From a virus (Duplodnaviria > Heunggongvirae > Uroviricota > Caudoviricetes), in the IMG/VR virus record IMGVR_UViG_2744054854_000003, positions 1-24,011 of that record: a stretch of 24,011 nucleotides of DNA; one strand, 5' to 3'. This document shows positions 18,886 through 24,011 of this stretch, piece after piece; positions within the stretch are counted from its first letter, which is position 1, and each line of letters begins with the position of its first letter. The notes beneath the pieces were generated by a model. The model ran no database searches. It saw nothing but the letters and a program-made list of their open reading frames with translations, and was not told the origin of the DNA. A program made the position numbers and the translations under genes.

Positions 18886-18917
18886 TGGAAGAATGCCCGG
18901 TTGATGCCGGGCATAAT

Positions 18918-19769
18918 TTATTGCGCGCTTTCGGGGTTGTCGTTTACTGGCTGCCCCTTCTTGGTTTTACGGCTGCGCGTAACTGATGCGGCTGACTTAA
19001 CCTTTTTCTCTTCGCGAGTGATGGCAATTTGTTTTTTTACATTTTCAATATCTGCCAGGCGATATATTTTTGCTTGCGGCCAGCGGTCGCAGATGATCGG
19101 TTCTATGGAGTCATAAAGGCTAAATTTTGCTTTTTCGAATTCACCGTTGATGATAATTCCATCACGGAGAGTTTCATCGCAGATAAACACGCCACACAGT
19201 GGCACATGGTAACTAACTGATTTACCATCATTGTAGTTAGGGCTACTGGAAATGTAGTGGACGCGCAGCATTGTTTCGCTAAAGCCGTGTACGCGCATAC
19301 GGAATTTTTCATCCTCCGGGTACTGCTTCATTAGCTCTTTTGTTGCTTCCAGGTTCTCTATGTATTTCGCACTGTGCTCATTGATCCCCGCGCTTTTTTG
19401 GATGCGAATGTCCTTATCAATCAGATGAATAATGCGGCCAGCGGTCATGTTGACGCTGTTCACAGCTTCTGTCTGATAAGTTGTAACCTTGCGAACACCG
19501 CGAAGGATGTTAGGCACTGGATATAAAATAGTCTTTGGGATATTGAGGTCTGGGTACTGTTCCAGTTCCCGCGCCATTAAAGTCCATTTATCAATTTCAG
19601 CCTGAATGCTGTCAGTTTCTTTGAACGGTAGAACGACAACCGGGCGTACAGGACGACCGTCGCTGGCTGTATCAACGTGTTGGGCGCGTGCAACAGCTTT
19701 TTTTAGAAAGAGATCCCTGAAGCTGACGAACTCCTGGTACAGTTGTTCGCCGTAGACATAATTTATCAT
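18918..19769 (-). CDS. c1: C1 repressor of lysogeny (283 aa)
   Basis: MINYVYGEQLYQEFVSFRDLFLKKAVARAQHV... recognised as P1 C1; 283 aa. Convergent with pacB and the antirepressor gene. Confidence 0.9.
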   Translation of the reverse strand: MINYVYGEQLYQEFVSFRDLFLKKAVARAQHVDTASDGRPVRPVVVLPFKETDSIQAEIDKWTLMARELEQYPDLNIPKTILYPVPNILRGVRKVTTYQTEAVNSVNMTAGRIIHLIDKDIRIQKSAGINEHSAKYIENLEATKELMKQYPEDEKFRMRVHGFSETMLRVHYISSSPNYNDGKSVSYHVPLCGVFICDETLRDGIIINGEFEKAKFSLYDSIEPIICDRWPQAKIYRLADIENVKKQIAITREEKKVKSAASVTRSRKTKKGQPVNDNPESAQ

Positions 19770-19863
19770 TGATCCTCCTCCAGAATTGACATGGTCAATA
19801 ACGCCCGGCTGAGAAAACCGGTCATTACTGACCTATATTATAGAGGGATCAAACAAAAATAAT

Positions 19864-19880
19864 AGATTTATTAGTGCATT
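19864..19880 (-). promoter_or_regulatory. C1 operator-like site between coi and c1 (Op99-type autoregulatory region)
   Basis: Minus-strand reading AATGCACTAATAAATCT, about 14 of 17 matches, with the same TTAGTGCAT variant as the site at 753-769. Confidence 0.45.
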
Positions 19881-20089
19881 TATTGTGAGTCTAACTGGTT
19901 AGTTGCCATGAGATATTCGATTGTGTCAGTGAGGTCATCCAGGTCGTCTTGGGTGATGCGGTACTCCTGATTGGATATCTTTGAGTAGTGTTCAGCAATG
20001 GCGCGGGCAGCGTCGGTTTCGGCAGGGTCTACAGATAAAGCGTTAGAGCAATGTCTAACGTCGTCGATGGTTGGTTGAATGAAAGCCAT
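19880..20089 (-). CDS. coi: C1 inactivator Coi (69 aa)
   Basis: 69-aa ORF immediately upstream of c1 on the same strand. Size and position match P1 coi. Confidence 0.8.
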   Translation of the reverse strand: MAFIQPTIDDVRHCSNALSVDPAETDAARAIAEHYSKISNQEYRITQDDLDDLTDTIEYLMATNQLDSQ

Positions 20090-20327
20090 AATTATGCCTC
20101 ACTGTATTGACAACACAGAGCCTGAAGCTCTGACCTACTGTTTCACCCATGATCCATGCTGGGGTAATCTAACAACATTGCGCTGTGTGTAAGATGAGCA
20201 ATGCATAGCTGTAATGCCGTTGTATAAGGTTTCCCTGTTTGCTCATTTCCTTCTGAGCCGCTCTACAACGCTGAAGACACATTAAATAGTGAATCCAAAG
20301 TCGTATTACGTAACGGCGGCAAAACTA

Positions 20328-20344
20328 TAATTTATTAGAGCAAT
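20328..20344 (-). promoter_or_regulatory. C1 operator (minus orientation) in the region upstream of coi
   Basis: Plus strand TAATTTATTAGAGCAAT, 16 of 17 matches to the reverse complement of the consensus. Confidence 0.6.
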
Positions 20345-20410
20345 TGTCAAACAACTATGAAAAACAATCCAGTTTTTAGCTGGTGGAGTGGGATTTTTCT
20401 CTCAAAATTT

Positions 20411-20427
20411 ATTGCTCTAATAATTCT
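20411..20427 (+). promoter_or_regulatory. C1 operator adjacent to loxP
   Basis: ATTGCTCTAATAATTCT, 15 of 17 matches. Confidence 0.6.
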
Positions 20428-20470
20428 TGATTTTTGTGCGCAGCTGGACGTAAACTCCTCTTCGGACCTG

Positions 20471-20504
20471 ATAACTTCGTATAGCATACATTATACGAAG
20501 TTAT
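20471..20504 (-). other. loxP recombination site (34 bp)
   Basis: ATAACTTCGTATA-GCATACAT-TATACGAAGTTAT: perfect 13-bp inverted repeats around an 8-bp spacer that is the reverse complement of the usual ATGTATGC, so the canonical orientation is on the minus strand. Confidence 0.97.
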
Positions 20505-20523
20505 CTTAAGGGTTATTGAACAT

Positions 20524-20596
20524 GATCAATTTACCTGTAAATCCATACAGCTTAATACCTTATCAGGTCAAATAGTGATCACTTGATCATTTGATC
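20524..20596 (+). promoter_or_regulatory. GATC (Dam site) cluster in the cre upstream region
   Basis: GATC at 20524, 20577, 20585 and 20593; three of them lie within 20 bp (GTGATCACTTGATCATTTGATCAAGG). Confidence 0.5.
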
Positions 20597-20922
20597 AAGG
20601 TTGCGCTACGTAAAATCTGCGAAATGTTGGCAGTGTTAGTGCTCCAGATTTCGCGTAGCGCACTTAGCACCACCAATCAATCAGAGGTGAAAAATGGGAT
20701 ATTCAGCTGCTAAAGTGTCCACTCATCTTGAGCTTGAGAAAAATCGTGGTTACTGGCGGGCGAAAGGGTTTGATCGTGATAGTTGTCAACTGTCATTATC
20801 GCGCGGTGAAGAAAAGATAGAACGCAGTCGCGGTCGTTGGCGTTTCTATGACGAGAACCATAAACAGGTAAAGGCAGAGCCGATCCTGTACACTTTACTT
20901 AAAACCATTATCTGAGTGTCAA

Positions 20923-21954
20923 ATGTCCAATTTACTGACCGTACACCAAAATTTGCCTGCATTGCCGGTCGATGCAACGAGTGATGAGGTTCGCAAGAAC
21001 CTGATGGATATGTTCAGGGATCGCCAGGCGTTTTCTGAGCATACCTGGAAAATGCTTCTGTCCGTTTGCCGGTCATGGGCGGCATGGTGCAAGTTGAATA
21101 ACCGGAAATGGTTTCCCGCAGAACCTGAAGATGTTCGCGATTATCTTCTATATCTTCAGGCGCGCGGTCTGGCAGTGAAAACTATCCAGCAACATTTGGG
21201 CCAGCTAAATATGCTTCATCGTCGGTCCGGGCTGCCACGACCAAGTGACAGCAATGCTGTTTCACTGGTCATCCGACGGATCCGAAAAGAAAACGTTGAT
21301 GCCGGTGAGCGTGCAAAACAGGCGCTGGCGTTCGAACGCACTGATTTCGACCAGGTTCGTTCACTCATGGAAAATAGCGATCGCTGCCAGGATATACGTA
21401 ATCTGGCATTTCTGGGGATTGCTTATAACACCCTGTTACGTATAGCCGAAATTTCTAGGATCAGAGTTAAAGATATCTCACGTACTGACGGTGGGAGAAT
21501 GTTAATCCATATTGGCAGAACGAAAACGCTGGTTAGCACCGCTGGTGTAGAGAAGGCACTTAGTCTGGGGGTAACTAAACTGGTTGAGCGATGGATTTCT
21601 GTCTCTGGTGTGGCTGATGATCCGAATAACTACTTGTTTTGCCGTGTCAGAAAAAATGGTGTTGCCGCGCCATCTGCCACCAGCCAGCTATCAACTCGCG
21701 CCCTGGAAGGGATTTTTGAAGCAACTCACCGATTGATTTACGGGGCTAAGGATGACTCTGGCCAGAGGTACCTGGCCTGGTCTGGACACAGTGCCCGTGT
21801 CGGAGCCGCACGAGATATGGCCCGCGCCGGAGTTTCACTACCGGAGATCATGCAAGCTGGTGGCTGGACCAACGTAAATATTGTCATGAACTATATCCGT
21901 AACCTGGATAGTGAAACAGGGGCAATGGTGCGCCTGCTGGAAGATGGCGATTAG
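20923..21954 (+). CDS. cre: Cre site-specific tyrosine recombinase (343 aa)
   Basis: MSNLLTVHQNLPALPVDATSDEVRKNLMDMFRDRQAFSEHTWK... is essentially the canonical Cre sequence, 343 aa, about 420 bp downstream of loxP. Confidence 0.97.
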   Translation: MSNLLTVHQNLPALPVDATSDEVRKNLMDMFRDRQAFSEHTWKMLLSVCRSWAAWCKLNNRKWFPAEPEDVRDYLLYLQARGLAVKTIQQHLGQLNMLHRRSGLPRPSDSNAVSLVIRRIRKENVDAGERAKQALAFERTDFDQVRSLMENSDRCQDIRNLAFLGIAYNTLLRIAEISRIRVKDISRTDGGRMLIHIGRTKTLVSTAGVEKALSLGVTKLVERWISVSGVADDPNNYLFCRVRKNGVAAPSATSQLSTRALEGIFEATHRLIYGAKDDSGQRYLAWSGHSARVGAARDMARAGVSLPEIMQAGGWTNVNIVMNYIRNLDSETGAMVRLLEDGD

Positions 21955-21971
21955 CCATTAACGCGTAAATG

Positions 21972-21988
21972 ATTGCTCTAATTCTTTG
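21972..21988 (+). promoter_or_regulatory. C1 operator-like site downstream of cre
   Basis: ATTGCTCTAATTCTTTG; the first 11 positions match the consensus exactly and the 3' half is divergent. Confidence 0.45.
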
Positions 21989-22004
21989 ATATTTATGGTG
22001 ACAT

Positions 22005-22316
22005 GTGAGAAAGGATTTCAACATCGACGGAAAATATGTAGTGCTGTCTGTAAGCACTAATATTCAGTCGCCAGCCGTCATTGTCACTGTAAAGCTGAGC
22101 GATAGAATGCCTGATATTGACTCAATATCCGTTGCGTTCCCTGTCAAAAGTATGCGTAGTGCTGAACATTTCGTGATGAATGCCACCGAGAAAGAAGCAC
22201 GGCGCGGTTTTGCCAAAGTGATGGCCGAGTTTGGCGAATTTTTGGGGCACGTTGACAAAGCCCTTTCAATCAGTTCAGCAAGGTCCAAAGCGTTAACAGC
22301 TTCCATGCTGAAATAA
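22005..22316 (+). CDS. Hypothetical protein (103 aa) in the cra position after cre
   Basis: GTG start at 22005, with an alternative ATG at 22107. Followed by a stem AGCCTGGC / GCCAGGCT at 22320-22340. No domain recognised. Confidence 0.4.
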   Translation: MRKDFNIDGKYVVLSVSTNIQSPAVIVTVKLSDRMPDIDSISVAFPVKSMRSAEHFVMNATEKEARRGFAKVMAEFGEFLGHVDKALSISSARSKALTASMLK

Positions 22317-22442
22317 AAAAAGCCTGGCAAGGAGCCAGGCTGCACAAAAGAGCGGGTTTGTATTCCGCATCCAATCAATCAAGAAGGAGTATAGCACACA
22401 GGTACTGAAATGAAAAAATGTGATTCGCGATAAATAACTTTA

Positions 22443-22472
22443 ATTGCTCTAATTGATTGCTATAATTGAGCC
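22443..22472 (+). promoter_or_regulatory. Two overlapping C1 operator matches with an embedded TATAAT (Op2a/b-like, upstream of ref)
   Basis: ATTGCTCTAATTGATTG (22443-22459) and ATTGCTATAATTGAGCC (22456-22472); TATAAT at 22461-22466. Confidence 0.6.
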
Positions 22473-22526
22473 GCAGTTTTTGTCAACTACGAAGACGTTG
22501 CCATTACTTCACTCCTTGACATCATT

Positions 22527-22552
22527 GGCGGCCATTAGGCCGCCTTTTTTTT
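22527..22552 (+). terminator. Strong intrinsic terminator 5 nt upstream of the ref ATG
   Basis: 7-bp GC stem GGCGGCC / GGCCGCC with loop ATTA, followed by 8 T residues (22545-22552). Confidence 0.7.
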
Positions 22553-22557
22553 GCCAT

Positions 22558-23114
22558 ATGAAAACAATCGAACAAAAACTTGAACAGCGCCGCGAGTGGC
22601 AGAAGGCAGCCAGAGAACGAGCGATCGGCAACGGGAAAAGTTGGCTGACCCCGCCTGGCGAGAATCGCAATATCAGAAAATGCGGGATTCTATCGACCGC
22701 CGTATCGCTAAACAGAAAGAGCGCCCACCAGCCAGCAAAACGCGGAAAAGTGCGGTAAAAATAAAATCTCGTGGCTTGAAGGGGCGAACACCGACGGCGG
22801 AGGAACGGACCATCGCCAATGCTCTTGGCACTCTCCCCTGCATTGCCTGCTACATGCATGGAGTAATATCTGAAGAGGTGTCTCTGCACCATATCTCCGG
22901 TCGTACCGCGCCGGGTTGTCACAAAAAGCAATTGCCCCTTTGTAGATGGCACCACTAGCATGCAGCACCGGCTGAAGTAAGAGAAAAATACCCCTGGCTG
23001 GTCCCCGTTCATGCCGATGGTGTGGTTGGAGGCAAGAAAGAATTCACCTTGCTGAACAAGTCAGAGATGGAATTGCTGGCTGACGCCTATGAGATGGCAA
23101 ACATCATGCACTAA
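22558..23114 (+). pseudogene. ref: ref-like HNH endonuclease gene, apparently disrupted (frame change plus in-frame TAG)
   Basis: N-terminus MKTIEQKLEQRREWQKAARERA... (frame of 22558) ends at 22758. The HNH-like segment CIACYMHGV...SLHHISGRTAPGCHKKQLPLCRWHH is in another frame (22596-22958). Its TAG at 22956-22958 is followed in frame by 51 protein-like codons (HAAPAEVREKYPWLVPVHADG...ANIMH) to a TAA at 23112-23114. Confidence 0.5.
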
Positions 23115-23303
23115 TAAATATATTATTTTTAATCTGAAATAATTGACAACTGACAAGTGACTTCAGTCAGAATCATCACATGCCCGGTACGGATGGATCC
23201 CTTTTCAAATATTCCATGGACGGCACAGTCTGAGTACCGGGCGCTACCTTCAGTTGTATTGCTAAGCCGCCGCTGGTGGCTTTTCTTTTTTATAGGGGGC
23301 GCT

Positions 23304-23933
23304 ATGGATAAGAAAATATGCGTTGTTTCGATGAGCGTCGGTAAACCGGCGTCAATGACTGCTGCATGGATCAACAACGAGCTGATAATGGCTGAGCGGA
23401 CCAGCTACCCTGAACGCCGCCGCGATATGGAACTCCAGCTGCTGCGCGAATTGCGAGAAAAAGAGGAAAAGGGTTTTATCGTGCTGGTGGAAGAGGAAAA
23501 CAGCTTTATTACCGGTCGAGTTGGCCAGCGTGTAAGGTTGCGCGATCCCTTCATGAACGGCAGGCCGGTACTAATTGAAGCAATGCAGATTTACAAGGAG
23601 TTGGAACGCCAGAAAGCGATCAAGTTACCGCGCAAGGAATCCGGCAAATACATCCTCCACCAAAGCATCTTCGATTCCGAACACGATAAAAAAGGCGATG
23701 AGTTTTTCAACATCAACTGGATCGAAATAACGACAGAGCATGTTCTGACGTTGTTATGCTGCTTCGCAACAGAATACAACAACGTGGTAAGCGCAGACTA
23801 CATCAGGACAATGACAGACACCGTTACTAAACAAGACAACGAATATTCACCATATGAGCCATTTGTAAATATGATAAAAGCATTTTATCGGATGGAGCTC
23901 ACTAAAGTTCCTCTGACCTGCCCCCACGATTAG
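23304..23933 (+). CDS. Hypothetical protein (210 aa) in the mat position after ref
   Basis: ATG 23304 with AGGGGG about 5 nt upstream, inside track ORF 23157-23933. No domain recognised; calling it mat rests on P1 gene order only. Confidence 0.45.
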   Translation: MDKKICVVSMSVGKPASMTAAWINNELIMAERTSYPERRRDMELQLLRELREKEEKGFIVLVEEENSFITGRVGQRVRLRDPFMNGRPVLIEAMQIYKELERQKAIKLPRKESGKYILHQSIFDSEHDKKGDEFFNINWIEITTEHVLTLLCCFATEYNNVVSADYIRTMTDTVTKQDNEYSPYEPFVNMIKAFYRMELTKVPLTCPHD

Positions 23934-24011
23934 ATACAACACTCAGTTAGTAACGTCGGAATCTTCATTCTCAGAATGACCCTTTCTCCAGCCCGCTGCA
24001 AATTCAGACGG

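Noticed and set aside
20090-20410. imcB/imcA-like small genes between coi and loxP
   Set aside because: P1 has imcB and imcA here, but I could not delineate convincing minus-strand ORFs with start signals by eye, so no feature is reported.
20694-20915. 73-aa ORF between loxP and cre
   Set aside because: It lies in the known promoter and regulatory interval upstream of cre, has no convincing SD, and P1 has no gene annotated here as far as I recall. Most likely a chance ORF.
22064-22378. 104-aa minus-strand ORF overlapping the cra-position gene
   Set aside because: It overlaps the plus-strand ORF almost completely; the plus-strand reading fits the cre-cra-ref order better, but neither has strong independent support.

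Overview
The window reads as a segment of a P1-like temperate phage-plasmid, running from a late-gene block through the packaging and immunity-C region to loxP-cre-ref. All calls are made by eye from the sequence and the ORF track; no database search was run. Recognisable P1 backbone includes a lambda-like Ser/Thr phosphatase, the phd-doc addiction module, lpa, pacA with its pac site (4+3 GATC hexamers), pacB, c1, coi, a canonical 34-bp loxP and cre, plus at least 12 matches to the C1 operator consensus ATTGCTCTAAT. Three things look accessory relative to P1 as I recall it: (i) a complete type I R-M cassette (hsdM-hsdS-hsdR, EcoR124-like type IC) between the HAD phosphatase and phd; (ii) an immI-like module (C1 operator, structured leader, 74-aa gene, antirepressor with nested starts) between pacB and c1; (iii) an IS3-family fragment abutting a truncated VRR-NUC gene at the left edge. 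The most promising leads for something undescribed are a candidate c4-like regulatory RNA upstream of the antirepressor and an unannotated 28-codon hydrophobic ORF lying antisense to the hsdR 3' region. The ref homologue appears disrupted by a frame change and an in-frame TAG.
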